Origin: an uncultured Methylophilaceae bacterium
Lineage (GTDB): Bacteria > Pseudomonadota > Gammaproteobacteria > Burkholderiales > Methylophilaceae
Reading direction: 5' to 3'
Assembly (NCBI GenBank): GCA_964494575.1
Contig: CAZBSR010000001.1
Span: 1 to 32,450, forward strand
DNA: 32,450 nt
A program made the position numbers and the translations under genes. The notes below the pieces were generated by a model. That model made no database searches, had not been told where the DNA came from, and saw nothing but the letters and a program-made list of their open reading frames with translations. Position 1 is the first letter of the stretch; every line of letters begins with the position of its first letter. This document shows, piece after piece, positions 8,114 to 19,144 of the stretch.

Positions 8114-11100
8114 TCAGGAAAGATTCGGGGCCAGCCAGCGCTCCAGATACTCTTTGGGCAGCCCTCTGCGGGCAGCCATATCGTTAAGTTGGTCTGTGCC
8201 GATTTTATCAACGCTGAAATATTTGGCATCGGCATGGGCAAAGTAAAAGCCCGAAACCGCAGCGCCAGGGTGCATGGCGAAGGAGTCGGTCAATTGCATG
8301 CCAATCTCTTCGCACTGCAGGAGCTTGAACATATCGGCTTTGACTGTATGGTCCGGACAAGCCGGATAGCCTGGGGCCGGACGGATGCCTCGGTACTTCT
8401 CCTTGATGAGATCTTCCTTGCTCAACTGCTCATCCGCAACAAAGCCCCATAAATCCATACGTACCCGCTCATGCAAATACTCTGCAAACGCTTCAGCCAG
8501 CCGGTCGGCAAGGGATTTCAGCAGGATGCTGTTGTAATCATCGTGCGCTTCCTGAAAGATTTTTTCATGCTTCTCGATACCAAGACCAGCGGTGACTGCA
8601 AACATGCCGATGTAATCGGCAATACCGGAAGGCTTCCCATCAATGAACTTGGGCGCAATAAAATCAGCCAGGCACTGGTTCGGGCGCGGCACACCATCAA
8701 TGACCGGTTTTACGCTTTGCTGGCGCATGCCGTAGTAGGTGAAGGCCACCTTCGTACGCGTCTCGTCGGTGTAAATTTCGATATCATCCTCGTTGACCAT
8801 ATTGGCCGGCAACAAGGCAATGACACCATTGGCCGTAAGCCAGCGTCCCTCAATGATTTTCTTCAGCAGCGCCTGGCCTTCGGCAAACAGGTTGCTGGCC
8901 GCAGCCCCGACAACTTCGTCTGTCAGTATCGCAGGATAGGCGCCAGCAAGATCCCAGGTCTGGAAGAACGGGCCCCAGTCTATATAGTTCGCCAACGTGG
9001 CGAGGTCGATGTTGTTGAATACACGGCGACCAATAAATTTCGGCTTGAGAGGAGCATGTACTCCGGTGAACTCCAGCTTTGCCTTATTGGCGCGCGCATC
9101 GGCCAGCGACAGCATCGGCACACCTTTTTTGTTGGCATGCTGAGTGCGCGCTTTATCGTAATCTGCTGCGATCTCTTCGATATAACTATCGCGGGATTCC
9201 GGCGTCATCAACGATTGCATCACCGCGACCGAGCGCGACGCATCCGCCACGTAGATGACCGGCCCATCGTAATGTGGTGCGATCTTCACGGCTGTGTGTG
9301 AACGGGAAGTCGTAGCGCCGCCAATCAGCAATGGCATCTTGAGCCCGATGAAATACGGGTCGCGCTGCATTTCGCGAGCAACATGCGCCATTTCTTCCAG
9401 TGACGGCGTAATCAAGCCGGAAAGCCCGATAATGTCGGCGTTCTCGGCTTTTGCCAAGGCGAGGATTTCAGAAGCTGGCACCATGACGCCCATGTTCACC
9501 ACTTCAAAGTTATTGCACTGCAAAACTACTGAAACGATATTCTTGCCGATGTCGTGCACATCGCCTTTTACTGTAGCAATCACCATCTTGCCCTTTGGCT
9601 TGGCCACGACACCTGTGCGTTCTTCTTCCTCCATTTTCTCTTTTTCGATAAATGGAATCAGGTGCGCAACCGCCTGCTTCATTACCCGTGCCGATTTAAC
9701 CACCTGCGGCAGGAACATCTTGCCCTGACCAAATAGCTCGCCGACGATATTCATACCGTCCATCAGCGGGCCTTCGATCACATTGATCGGCCGGCCGCCA
9801 TTGTCAGCGATCTGCTGGCGTGCCTCTTCGGTATCCTCCACGATAAAGTCTGTGATGCCGTGCACCAGCGCATGTGCGATGCGTTTGCCTACCGGCAAAG
9901 GGCTCTCCGGTGTGCCGCGCCATTCCTGAATCGACGCCTCTTTTTTGCCGCCCGCTGTCAGCGTCCCGGCAATCTCGATCATGCGCTCGGTGGCGTCCGG
10001 ACGCCGGTTCAGGACCACGTCCTCAACCCGCTCGCGCAGCTCGGGGCTCAGGTCGTCATATACGCCTATCATGCCGGCATTGACGATGCCCATGGTCATG
10101 CCGGCCTTGATCGCGTGATACAGGAAAACAGCGTGGATGGCCTCACGCGCAGGGTCATTGCCGCGGAAGCTGAAACTCACATTCGAAACACCGCCGGAAA
10201 CCTTGGCATACGGCAGGTTTTCTTTTATCCAGCGTGTGGCATTGATGAAATCCACAGCATAGTTATTGTGTTCTTCGATGCCGGTAGCGATAGCGAAAAT
10301 ATTGGGGTCGAAGATAATGTCCTCCGGCGGGAAACCGATCTTCCCCACTAGCAGGTCGTAGGCACGTTTACATATCTCGGTTTTGCGCTCGAATGTATCC
10401 GCTTGGCCCTTCTCGTCAAATGCCATGACAATCACGGCGGCTCCGTAACGGCGGCACAATTTTGCCTGGCGCAGGAACTCTTCCTCGCCTTCTTTCATGG
10501 AAATCGAATTGACGATGGATTTACCCTGCACACATTTGAGCCCGGCTTCTATCACCGACCACTTGGACGAATCGATCATGATAGGCACGCGCGCGATATC
10601 CGGCTCGGACGCAACGAGGTTGAGGAAATGCGTCATCGCATATACCGCGTCCAGCATGCCTTCATCCATGTTGATGTCGATGATCTGTGCGCCGTTCTCG
10701 ACCTGCTGGCGCGCCACCACTAGCGCCTCATCGTATTTCTCATTGAGGATCAAACGCGCAAAGGCCTTGGAGCCGGTGACGTTGGTGCGCTCACCGACAT
10801 TGACGAAGAGCGAATCTTCATCAATGGTGAAAGGCTCGAGTCCGGAAAGCCTCGTTACATGATTAGGCTCAGGAATCCTGCGCGGCGCAATATACTGCAC
10901 CTCCCTGGCGATGGCTTCGATGTGGGCTGGCGTCGTGCCGCAACAACCGCCAGCGATATTCACGAAACCGCTTTCTGCAAACTCCTTCAGCAGTGACGAG
11001 GTGTCCTTAGGCTCCTCGTCAAAGCCAGTATCTGACATCGGATTGGGCAATCCGGCGTTGGGGTAGATGCAGACAAAAGTATCAGCGATTTGTGCCAGCT

Positions 11101-11917
11101 CTTCGGCATAAGGACGCATGAGCGCAGCACCCAGCGCGCAATTAAGGCCTATGGTCAAAGGATTGGCGTGACGCACAGAATTCCAGAATGCAGGCACGGT
11201 CTGCCCTGAGAGAATACGGCCGGAAGCGTCAGTGACCGTTCCAGAAAGCATGAGGGGTAAACGCTTGCCGCTCTCCTCAAAAAAGGTATCGATTGCAAAC
11301 AGCGCCGCCTTGCAGTTGAGCGTATCGAAAATGGTTTCTACCATGAGGATATCGACCCCGCCCTCGACCAGACCGCGCATCTGCTCCAGGTAAGCCGCCA
11401 CCAGCTGATCGAACGTAATGTTACGTTCTGCCGGGTCATTGACATTTGGCGAGATCGAGGCGGTTTTAGGCGTCGGCCCCAAGGCGCCAGCTACGAATCG
11501 CGGCTTGTCGGGAGTAGTGTATTTCGCACATGCTGCGCGCGCGATTTTGGCCGCTACTACATTCATCTCATAAGCCAGATGCGCCATGTGATAATCGGCC
11601 TGGGCAACACTGGTAGCGCCAAAGGTATTGGTCTCGATGATGTCGGCGCCCGCTGCCAGGTACTGCTCATGGATTTCCTGGATGACCTGAGGCTGCGTCA
11701 GGCTCAATAACTCATTGTTGCCTTTTACAAACAGCTCGCGTTCGCCGGCAGGGGCCGCAAAATCCGCGAACTTGCCATTTTGACCGCCACGATAATCGGC
11801 CTCCGTCAACTTGTATCTCTGGATCATGGTGCCCATTGCACCATCGAGGATCAGGATACGGCGTGACAGCACGTCGCGCAGGTGTAATTCAACAGAGGAT
11901 ATCTCGTCTTGTTTCAT
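8114..11917 (-). CDS. metH: cobalamin-dependent methionine synthase
   Basis: Hcy-binding [13 protein letters not shown] and [10 protein letters not shown]12-binding motifs [11 protein letters not shown] and [15 protein letters not shown]-terminal AdoMet reactivation domain is present. The track start is TTG 11935; ATG 11917 (MKQDEISS) is the more plausible start. Confidence 0.95.
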   Translation of the reverse strand: MKQDEISSVELHLRDVLSRRILILDGAMGTMIQRYKLTEADYRGGQNGKFADFAAPAGERELFVKGNNELLSLTQPQVIQEIHEQYLAAGADIIETNTFGATSVAQADYHMAHLAYEMNVVAAKIARAACAKYTTPDKPRFVAGALGPTPKTASISPNVNDPAERNITFDQLVAAYLEQMRGLVEGGVDILMVETIFDTLNCKAALFAIDTFFEESGKRLPLMLSGTVTDASGRILSGQTVPAFWNSVRHANPLTIGLNCALGAALMRPYAEELAQIADTFVCIYPNAGLPNPMSDTGFDEEPKDTSSLLKEFAESGFVNIAGGCCGTTPAHIEAIAREVQYIAPRRIPEPNHVTRLSGLEPFTIDEDSLFVNVGERTNVTGSKAFARLILNEKYDEALVVARQQVENGAQIIDINMDEGMLDAVYAMTHFLNLVASEPDIARVPIMIDSSKWSVIEAGLKCVQGKSIVNSISMKEGEEEFLRQAKLCRRYGAAVIVMAFDEKGQADTFERKTEICKRAYDLLVGKIGFPPEDIIFDPNIFAIATGIEEHNNYAVDFINATRWIKENLPYAKVSGGVSNVSFSFRGNDPAREAIHAVFLYHAIKAGMTMGIVNAGMIGVYDDLSPELRERVEDVVLNRRPDATERMIEIAGTLTAGGKKEASIQEWRGTPESPLPVGKRIAHALVHGITDFIVEDTEEARQQIADNGGRPINVIEGPLMDGMNIVGELFGQGKMFLPQVVKSARVMKQAVAHLIPFIEKEKMEEEERTGVVAKPKGKMVIATVKGDVHDIGKNIVSVVLQCNNFEVVNMGVMVPASEILALAKAENADIIGLSGLITPSLEEMAHVAREMQRDPYFIGLKMPLLIGGATTSRSHTAVKIAPHYDGPVIYVADASRSVAVMQSLMTPESRDSYIEEIAADYDKARTQHANKKGVPMLSLADARANKAKLEFTGVHAPLKPKFIGRRVFNNIDLATLANYIDWGPFFQTWDLAGAYPAILTDEVVGAAASNLFAEGQALLKKIIEGRWLTANGVIALLPANMVNEDDIEIYTDETRTKVAFTYYGMRQQSVKPVIDGVPRPNQCLADFIAPKFIDGKPSGIADYIGMFAVTAGLGIEKHEKIFQEAHDDYNSILLKSLADRLAEAFAEYLHERVRMDLWGFVADEQLSKEDLIKEKYRGIRPAPGYPACPDHTVKADMFKLLQCEEIGMQLTDSFAMHPGAAVSGFYFAHADAKYFSVDKIGTDQLNDMAARRGLPKEYLERWLAPNLS

Positions 11918-12030
11918 TTCTATTCTCAAGCGCAAAAATTATCGGGCGGCTTCTGAGCCGGGTTGAATCGGTCCGTAGCAGGATCAGCATAAGGCAGCTC
12001 AGTGGGGAACCCTATTATAACCCAACTCGC

Positions 12031-13068
12031 TTAAGCCAGATTTGCTCCCAGGAAGTTGCCAATGGCGTAGGTCAGCACACCGGCTGATCCACCGATCATT
12101 AGCATACGCAGACCCCCGAGCCATGCACTACGGCCGGTAAACAGCGACAGTGCGGCCCCTACCCCGAACAATGCCAGCGCAGTGAGAACGATAGCCGCCG
12201 GCAATGCATGTGGAAATACAAACAGGTACGGCAGCAGGGGGATCAGGCCGCCCACCGCAAAAGCAAAAAAGGATGAAGACGCAGCCAGCCATGGCGAACC
12301 AAGCTCATCCGGGTTAAGCCCCAGCTCTTCGCGTGCAAGCGTATCAAGACCAAGCTTGGGATCGGCTATCATCCGTTGCGCAAAAGCCTGTGCATCAGTT
12401 TCTTCCATTCCGCGCGCAACATAGATCAAAGCCAGCTCGCGCGCCTCCTCGTCCGGATATTGCGCCAGCTCGTCACGCTCCAGCCCTATCTGATATTCAA
12501 ACATCTCACGTTGTGAACGCATGGAAATGTATTCACCGGCCGCCATCGAGAACGCCCCGGCCAAGAGTCCGGCTACACCAGTCAGCAGTATCACGCTGTT
12601 ACTGCTCGCCGCACCTGCCACTGCCATGACCAGGCAGGCAATGGATACCAGGCCGTCATTCACACCAAACACCGCGGCGCGCAGACCCCCGCTACTACTG
12701 GTGCCGCGATGGCTGGCCCCCACTTGCTCCACCGATGTCGGCATGGGATGGCCAACAGCTTGCTTGGTGGAGTAAACCGATAACCCGCGGATTTTAATCG
12801 CCGCGAGAACCGGTTTGATACGTTGCGGCCCCAGGCGCCTGATCAGCCAGGCCACAATTCTGGTTCGGATTTCCGGCAGATAGGCCGCCGGCACGGGATG
12901 CCCCGATTTTTGCGCCTCAATCGCCCATAATGCAGCCTGACTTTCGGCCTCGAACGCAAGTTGTGAAAATAACTGCTGCCTGGAGGCCACTTTTTCCTGA
13001 TGGGCAATCAGCCGGTACAGATAAGCCGAGCGCTTTTCCTCCCGCCAGCTACTGATTGTTGGATGCAT
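12031..13068 (-). CDS. VIT1/CCC1-family (putative Fe/Mn) transporter with a ~120-aa N-terminal cytoplasmic extension
   Basis: The C-terminal two-thirds match the VIT1 pattern: AAVFGVNDGLVSIACLVMAVAGA ... AFSMAAGEYISMRSQRE ... five TM segments. The N-terminal helical region has no E-x-x-H diiron motif that I can see. Confidence 0.8.
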   Translation of the reverse strand: MHPTISSWREEKRSAYLYRLIAHQEKVASRQQLFSQLAFEAESQAALWAIEAQKSGHPVPAAYLPEIRTRIVAWLIRRLGPQRIKPVLAAIKIRGLSVYSTKQAVGHPMPTSVEQVGASHRGTSSSGGLRAAVFGVNDGLVSIACLVMAVAGAASSNSVILLTGVAGLLAGAFSMAAGEYISMRSQREMFEYQIGLERDELAQYPDEEARELALIYVARGMEETDAQAFAQRMIADPKLGLDTLAREELGLNPDELGSPWLAASSSFFAFAVGGLIPLLPYLFVFPHALPAAIVLTALALFGVGAALSLFTGRSAWLGGLRMLMIGGSAGVLTYAIGNFLGANLA

Positions 13069-13071
13069 TCC

Positions 13072-14589
13072 CTATATCTCGAATCTTCTGTATTGCACTG
13101 CTTCTGCGATATGCGCCGAGCTGATTGCGGATTGGCCAGCCAGGTCGGCTATGGAGCGTGCCACCTTCAAGATACGGTGATAGGCGCGGGCTGAAAGATT
13201 GAGCCGGCTGATGGCCTGCTTCAACAAGGTCATGCCTGTTTCATCAGGCGCGCAAAGCGCGTCTATCTCCTTGCTGCCAAGCAGAAAGTTGGCTTTGCCC
13301 TGGCGATCTATCTGGATTCGGCGTGCACGCTCTACGCGCTCACGAATGCTCGCACTGGCCTCACCGGCATGGCCGGCTGTCAGCTCATTCTCCTTCAGCG
13401 CAGGCACCTCGATATGCAAATCGATGCGATCGAGCAAGGGCCCGGAAATTCTCGAGCGATAGCGTGAAACCTGATCAGGCGTACAACGGCACTTATTATT
13501 AAAATGACCCAGGTAACCGCAAGGGCAGGGATTCATCGCTGCCAGCAACTGGAAGCTGGCGGGGAAATCAGCCTGGCGCGCAGCTCGCGAAATAGTGATG
13601 TGACCGGACTCCAGTGGCTCACGTAAAACCTCCAGAACCTTGCGGTCGAATTCTGGTAACTCATCCAGAAACAATACACCGTGGTGCGCCAGCGATATTT
13701 CACCGGGGCGCGGAATACCGCCACCGCCAACCAATGCCACACCGGAAGCCGTATGATGCGGTGAACGGAAGGGCCTGCGCCGCCATGATTCGGTGCGAAA
13801 ACTGCCATTGAGTGATTGTAGCGCAGCCGATTCCAGCGCTTCCTGCTTGGTCATCTCGGGCAATATTCCGGAAAATCGGGAAGCCAGCATGGATTTTCCC
13901 GTTCCCGGCGGCCCCGACATCAATACACTATGACCGCCCGCCGCTGCTATCTCCAGAGCGCGCTTGGATAAGGATTGGCCTTTGACTTCACTGAAGTCGG
14001 GATACTCTATAAGCGTGGGTTCTACATCTATTTTAAATGCTGCCAATTCAGTATGCCCGCTCAAGTGAGCGCAAACTTCCAGCAGAGACCTGGCCGGGAG
14101 GATTACCGCATCCTGCACCAATGAAGCCTCAGCCGCACTATCATAGGGCAGTATAAAAGCCCTGTTATTGGTGCCATGCTTTTTACTACTGTTGCCATTG
14201 GTGATGCTGGCCGTCATCGCCAGAGCACCGCGTATCGGTCGCAGTTCGCCGGTCAATGCCAGCTCCCCAGCCACCTCATAACGCTCGAGCGATTCTTTTG
14301 GTATCTGCCCTGATGCGGCGAGAATGCCCAGCGCAATCGGCAGGTCATAACGCCCGCTTTCCTTGGGCAAGTCCGCAGGCGCCAGGTTTACAGTGATGCG
14401 CCGGGCCGGAAACTCAAACTGGGCGGTCTGCAGTGCAGCACGCACCCTATCCTTGCTTTCCTTCACTTCAGCTTCCGGCAAACCAACAATAGTGAAACTT
14501 GGCAGGCCATTTGCCAGATGGACTTCTACCACCACCTCGGGCGCATCCATTCCGGCCAGAGCACGGCTATATAGCACCGCAAGGCTCAT
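13072..14589 (-). CDS. yifB: YifB/ComM-family Mg-chelatase-like AAA ATPase
   Basis: 505 aa starting MSLAVLYSRALAGMDAPEVVVEVHLANGLPSFTIVGLPE. Walker A GPPGTGKSMLA and Walker B GVLFLDELPEF. Confidence 0.9.
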   Translation of the reverse strand: MSLAVLYSRALAGMDAPEVVVEVHLANGLPSFTIVGLPEAEVKESKDRVRAALQTAQFEFPARRITVNLAPADLPKESGRYDLPIALGILAASGQIPKESLERYEVAGELALTGELRPIRGALAMTASITNGNSSKKHGTNNRAFILPYDSAAEASLVQDAVILPARSLLEVCAHLSGHTELAAFKIDVEPTLIEYPDFSEVKGQSLSKRALEIAAAGGHSVLMSGPPGTGKSMLASRFSGILPEMTKQEALESAALQSLNGSFRTESWRRRPFRSPHHTASGVALVGGGGIPRPGEISLAHHGVLFLDELPEFDRKVLEVLREPLESGHITISRAARQADFPASFQLLAAMNPCPCGYLGHFNNKCRCTPDQVSRYRSRISGPLLDRIDLHIEVPALKENELTAGHAGEASASIRERVERARRIQIDRQGKANFLLGSKEIDALCAPDETGMTLLKQAISRLNLSARAYHRILKVARSIADLAGQSAISSAHIAEAVQYRRFEI

Positions 14590-14592
14590 TGG

Positions 14593-14841
14593 TTAATCCT
14601 GCGCTTTCAGCGACCGGGATTCGAGTTGTTCTAGCTGGGCTTCAAGCTTATTGAGTTTTTCGCGTGTATGCCTTAATACATCGGCTTGTATATCAAATTC
14701 TTCCCTGGATACAAGCTCCAATTTGGTGAATGCGCCCTCTATTAGTGCACGGAAATTGGTTTCCAAATCCCCAGCCGGGCTACTATTTACCAACTCTCTG
14801 AATTTTATAGATAAATCTTCAATAAATTGCATATTTACCAT
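14593..14841 (-). CDS. ubiK: UbiK/YqiC-family accessory factor (coiled coil)
   Basis: 82 aa with FTKLELVSREEFDIQADVLRHTREKLNKLEAQLEQLE. A strong RBS (AGGAGG) lies upstream. Its stop is 3 nt before the yifB start. Confidence 0.8.
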   Translation of the reverse strand: MVNMQFIEDLSIKFRELVNSSPAGDLETNFRALIEGAFTKLELVSREEFDIQADVLRHTREKLNKLEAQLEQLESRSLKAQD

Positions 14842-14903
14842 CTTTTCCTCCTCGATTTCAGAATCAGTTTAGCAGATTTCGCAAGCATTCACTGCATGCG
14901 AGA

Positions 14904-14920
14904 TGCACCAGATAAGTGCA
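14904..14920. promoter_or_regulatory. candidate NtrC-type enhancer site
   Basis: TGCACC-AGATA-AGTGCA is close to the NtrC consensus TGCACC-N5-GGTGCA. It lies about 95 to 110 bp upstream of the sigma-54 promoter, with AT-rich DNA in between. Confidence 0.45.
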
Positions 14921-15013
14921 ATATATTTTAATAAACAGTCAGATAAATTAATTATCCAGTAATGACATTAAGTAAATAGTTATATCTATTTGATATTTAT
15001 ATAGTATTGATTG

Positions 15014-15029
15014 TGGCACAAGTGTTGCT
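15014..15029 (+). promoter_or_regulatory. sigma-54 (-24/-12) promoter for the porin-glnK-amtB operon
   Basis: TGGCAC-aagtg-TTGCT is a near-perfect match to TGGCAC-N5-TTGCW. It sits 56 nt upstream of the ATG at 15085. Confidence 0.75.
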
Positions 15030-15084
15030 TAGTACTACTTGCTTATTTTTAGTGTTTTATTCTGTTAATTAACTGAAAGGAATT

Positions 15085-15870
15085 ATGATGCGTAAATCGC
15101 TCTTATTGGCGGCAGTTCTTGGAACCTTCGCAGCACCTGCCGCTGTAACGGCTGAAGAGGCGGCCGCACCAGCGGCTGAACCGGCTTCTCCCCATACATT
15201 TACCTATAACCTCGGACTATATAGCCAATATATCTTTCGCGGTTTGACGCAAACTCGCGAAGACCCTGCGATACAAGGTGGTGTAGATTACTCTCATTCC
15301 AGTGGTTTCTATCTCGGCACATGGGCCACAAACATCAGCTGGCTGACAGATGCCAATGCATATAAAAGCTCTAGCCTCGAACTGGATATTTATGGCGGCT
15401 TTGCCAACACTATCGGCGACACCGGCATCAACTACAACGTCGGTCTGCTGCAATATATCTATCCTGGAAGCCGCGCAGGTACTGGCGCCAAAAAGGCAGA
15501 AACTACCGAAGTTTACGGTAGCCTTGGCTATAAATGGATCAGCGGCAAGGTTTCCGTTGTAGTGTCAGATGGCGCTTTTGGCTTCGATGACGCTGATGGC
15601 AGCACTTATTCTGAGTTGAATCTTGCTGTTCCATTTGGTGATGGCTTCACTGCTATCGCACACGTGGGCTATCAGGATTTCACTGGCAGCGGCAACAGCC
15701 AATTTGATTATGCCGATTACAAAGTTGGCCTGACCAAGTCCTGGAGTAACGGTGTCAATGTTGGCGGCTATTACACTGCCACTGATGGCGACAAGAGCGA
15801 TTTCACAGATGCTTCCGGTCAAAACATTGCTCAAGACCAGTTCACTGTATTTGTACAAAAAACCTTTTAA
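15085..15870 (+). CDS. TorF-family putative outer-membrane porin (TIGR02001/Gcw_chp type)
   Basis: Signal peptide MMRKSLLLAAVLGTFAAPAAVTA. Family-typical YNLGLYSQYIFRGLTQTREDPAIQGGVDYSHSSGFYLGTWATNIS and a C-terminal Phe. This family is commonly found upstream of glnK-amtB. Confidence 0.8.
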   Translation: MMRKSLLLAAVLGTFAAPAAVTAEEAAAPAAEPASPHTFTYNLGLYSQYIFRGLTQTREDPAIQGGVDYSHSSGFYLGTWATNISWLTDANAYKSSSLELDIYGGFANTIGDTGINYNVGLLQYIYPGSRAGTGAKKAETTEVYGSLGYKWISGKVSVVVSDGAFGFDDADGSTYSELNLAVPFGDGFTAIAHVGYQDFTGSGNSQFDYADYKVGLTKSWSNGVNVGGYYTATDGDKSDFTDASGQNIAQDQFTVFVQKTF

Positions 15871-15924
15871 CAAGGTTAGCTAAAGGGGAATGAGGCGGAC
15901 ACAAACATCTGTCTCATGACTTAA

Positions 15925-16284
<360 letters not shown>

Positions 16285-16290
16285 CAGGGG

Positions 16291-17712
16291 ATGGTCATGA
16301 AAAAAATTCTATCTATGATTGCTCTGGTAAGTGCCTTGGGGATTGGCACCTTAGGTGCAAGTAGCCCGAGCTTTGCCGAAGAGGCAACGCCTGCAGCCAG
16401 CCAGGCTGTCACAACCGAAGCCGCTCCTGCAGCGGCCGAAGCTGCGCCAGCTGCTGAGCCTGCTGCACCCGCAGCTGCAGCAGAAGCGCCCAAGCTTGAT
16501 TCCGGCAGTACTGCCTGGATGATTGTAGCAACGGTTCTGGTGCTGCTAATGATTATCCCGGGCTTGGCCTTGTTCTATGGCGGCCTGGTACGCACCAAGA
16601 ATATGCTGTCCGTGCTCATGCAAGTATTTGTTGCCTGCTCCATGGTTTCTGTCCTGTGGGTGGTTTATGGCTACAGCCTGACCTTTACCGACGGTGGGGG
16701 GCTTAACGGCTACATTGGCGGATTTGGCAAAGCATTTTTGTCTGGCGTAACGCCTGATTCGCTGAGCGGCGTCATCCCTGAATATGTGTTCATTACCTTC
16801 CAGCTGACTTTCGCCGCTATTACACCGGCACTGATTGTTGGCGGGTTTGCCGAGCGCATGAAATTTTCTGCTGTTCTGTTATTCCTGGCGTTGTGGGTGA
16901 CCTTCGTTTATATCCCGATCGCTCACATGGTATGGGGCGGCGGTATCCTTGCCTCTCTGGGCGCCAAAGACTTTGCTGGCGGCACGGTAGTACATATCAA
17001 CGCAGGTATTGCAGCGCTGGTCGGTGCGATTGTGATCGGCAAGCGTATTGGTTACGGCAGAGAAGCAATGCCTCCACACAGCATGGTCATGACTATGATC
17101 GGTGCAGCTTTACTGTGGGTAGGCTGGTTTGGTTTCAACGTAGGCAGTGAATTGGCTGCTGACGGCGTTGCCGCACTGGCATTGATCAATACTCAAGTGG
17201 CGACAGCTGCTGCTGTAATCGGCTGGATATTTATCGAGTGGCTGACCAAAGGCAAGCCATCCATGCTGGGTGGTGCGTCCGGCGCGGTTGCTGGCCTGGT
17301 TGCCATTACTCCGGCTTGCGGCTTCATCGGCCCCATGGGCGCCATTATCCTGGGTTTTGTTGCCAGTCTTGCCAGCTTCTGGGCAGTAACCAGCCTGAAA
17401 GCCAAGCTGGGCTATGACGACTCGCTGGATGTATTTGGCGTACACGGTGTCAGCGGCCTGCTAGGTGCATTGGGTACCGGCGTGCTGATGGATAAGACAC
17501 TGGGCGGTGTAGGTTACGCTGAAGGTGTCACCATGGGCGGTCAGGTTGTGACTCAGGCTATCGCTTGCGGTGTAACCATCCTGTGGTGCGGCATCGTCAG
17601 CTTCATCCTGTTCAAGATTGTTGATGTAGTGATCGGTCTGCGCGTAACTGAAGAATCTGAACGCGAAGGTCTGGACACCACAGAACACGGTGAACGTGCC
17701 TATCATTACTAA
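16291..17712 (+). CDS. amtB: ammonium transporter
   Basis: Signature DFAGGTVVHINAGIAALVGAIVIGKR with 11 TM-like segments. A signal peptide is followed by a ~38-aa Ala/Pro/Glu-rich segment. ATG 16297 is an alternative start. Confidence 0.95.
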   Translation: MVMKKILSMIALVSALGIGTLGASSPSFAEEATPAASQAVTTEAAPAAAEAAPAAEPAAPAAAAEAPKLDSGSTAWMIVATVLVLLMIIPGLALFYGGLVRTKNMLSVLMQVFVACSMVSVLWVVYGYSLTFTDGGGLNGYIGGFGKAFLSGVTPDSLSGVIPEYVFITFQLTFAAITPALIVGGFAERMKFSAVLLFLALWVTFVYIPIAHMVWGGGILASLGAKDFAGGTVVHINAGIAALVGAIVIGKRIGYGREAMPPHSMVMTMIGAALLWVGWFGFNVGSELAADGVAALALINTQVATAAAVIGWIFIEWLTKGKPSMLGGASGAVAGLVAITPACGFIGPMGAIILGFVASLASFWAVTSLKAKLGYDDSLDVFGVHGVSGLLGALGTGVLMDKTLGGVGYAEGVTMGGQVVTQAIACGVTILWCGIVSFILFKIVDVVIGLRVTEESEREGLDTTEHGERAYHY

Positions 17713-17734
17713 ACCTTGGTAATGTAGCTGTAAT

Positions 17735-17764
17735 AAAAACGGGCACTTTGGTGCCCGTTTTTTT
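17735..17764 (+). terminator. rho-independent terminator after amtB
   Basis: AAAAACGGGCAC-tttg-GTGCCCGTTTTTTT, 23 nt after the stop codon. Confidence 0.85.
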
Positions 17765-17858
17765 GTCTACCATTTGCACTCTTTTACGCCGAAGGATGTC
17801 AACTAAGATAAAATCAACGCCACCAACTCTTTAAATAAACCCTATATTAATCGACCTT

Positions 17859-19136
17859 ATGGTTCCTCATCTCACAACAGCATTAAACGGCCCCCTCCTA
17901 TCACTTGAAAAAAGCATGCTGGATGCCATGCCCAGAATTGAGCACTGGTTTCGTACACAATGGCTTGAATATTCCACGCCTTTTTATGCCTCGGTAGATT
18001 TACGCAACGCCGGCTTTAAACTGGCACCGGTAGACACCAATCTCTTTCCAGGCGGATTCAATAACCTGAATCCTGCATTCTTGCCCCTGGGCGTTCAGGC
18101 TGCGATGGTCGCAATCGAGAAAATCTGTCCGGAAGCACGTCGGTTACTGATCATCCCGGAAAATCACACGCGCAATACCTATTACCTGCGCAACGTCGTG
18201 GCGCTGGCCAATATATTGCGTCACGCCGGCCTTGAAGTACGTATTGGCAGCCTGAGTCCCGAGATCGTCGAACCCACATCGCTGGAAACTCACGATGGTC
18301 ACAGCGTCCTGCTAGAGCCGGTCAAACGCATAGGCAATCGCCTGGTGCTGGATGGCTTCGATAGCTGTGCCGTATTACTCAACAATGACCTTTCAGCCGG
18401 TGTCCCCGACATTCTGCAGAACCTGGAACAATGGGTGATCCCCCCGCTACATGCAGGCTGGGCCACACGCCGCAAATCTAACCATTTTGCCGCTTATAAC
18501 CGCGTTGCCAAAGACTTCGCGGCCTTGCTCAATATTGATGAGTGGCTGATCAACCCCTATTTCGATACTTGTGGAGAGATCGACTTCCATTCCAGGGTCG
18601 GTCAGGATTGCATGGCAAGCAAGGTTGAAGAACTGCTGGCGAAGATTAGTGCCAAATACAAGGAATATAACGTCCAGCAGGAGCCTTTTGTTATCGTGAA
18701 AGCCGATGCCGGCACTTATGGCATGGGGATCATGACGGTAAAGAGCCCGGATGATGTGCGCGAACTGAACCGTAAACAACGCAACAAGATGGCGGTAGTC
18801 AAGGAGGGCCTGCAAGTCACGGAAGTAATTATCCAGGAAGGCGTTTACACCTTCGAGAACATCAATGATGCGGTGGCAGAGCCCGTGGTATATATGATTG
18901 ACCGCTATGTGGTGGGCGGCTTTTATCGTGTCCATACAGGACGTGCGATAGATGAGAATCTGAATGCCCCTGGCATGCAATTTGTGCCACTCGCCTTTGA
19001 GGCTCCGTGCTCATTGCCTGATTGCACGGGAGCCCCTGACTCTATTCCCAATCGTTTTTATGCCTATGGGGTAGTCGCGCGCCTGGCCTTGCTGGCAGCG
19101 GCGATCGAGCTTCAGGAAACAGATCCGGCCAACTAG
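17859..19136 (+). CDS. gshA: glutamate--cysteine ligase (proteobacterial TIGR02049-type)
   Basis: 425 aa. IEHWFRTQW...PFYASVDLRNAGFKLAPVDTNLFPGGFNNL is typical of this gshA class. It lies immediately upstream of gshB. Confidence 0.8.
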   Translation: MVPHLTTALNGPLLSLEKSMLDAMPRIEHWFRTQWLEYSTPFYASVDLRNAGFKLAPVDTNLFPGGFNNLNPAFLPLGVQAAMVAIEKICPEARRLLIIPENHTRNTYYLRNVVALANILRHAGLEVRIGSLSPEIVEPTSLETHDGHSVLLEPVKRIGNRLVLDGFDSCAVLLNNDLSAGVPDILQNLEQWVIPPLHAGWATRRKSNHFAAYNRVAKDFAALLNIDEWLINPYFDTCGEIDFHSRVGQDCMASKVEELLAKISAKYKEYNVQQEPFVIVKADAGTYGMGIMTVKSPDDVRELNRKQRNKMAVVKEGLQVTEVIIQEGVYTFENINDAVAEPVVYMIDRYVVGGFYRVHTGRAIDENLNAPGMQFVPLAFEAPCSLPDCTGAPDSIPNRFYAYGVVARLALLAAAIELQETDPAN

Positions 19137-19144
19137 GTATCCTC

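Noticed and set aside
11918-12030. Possible riboswitch (SAH or cobalamin) or structured leader upstream of metH
   Set aside because: The leader has a TATAAT (minus strand 12019..12014) and a CTGAGC...GCTCAG long-range pairing. I could not find the SAH-element core (GAGGAGCGCUGC ... AGGCUCGG ... AACGGCGCUCA) or a B12 box, and about 95 nt is too short for a cobalamin aptamer. A cmscan against Rfam RF01057 and RF00174 would settle it.
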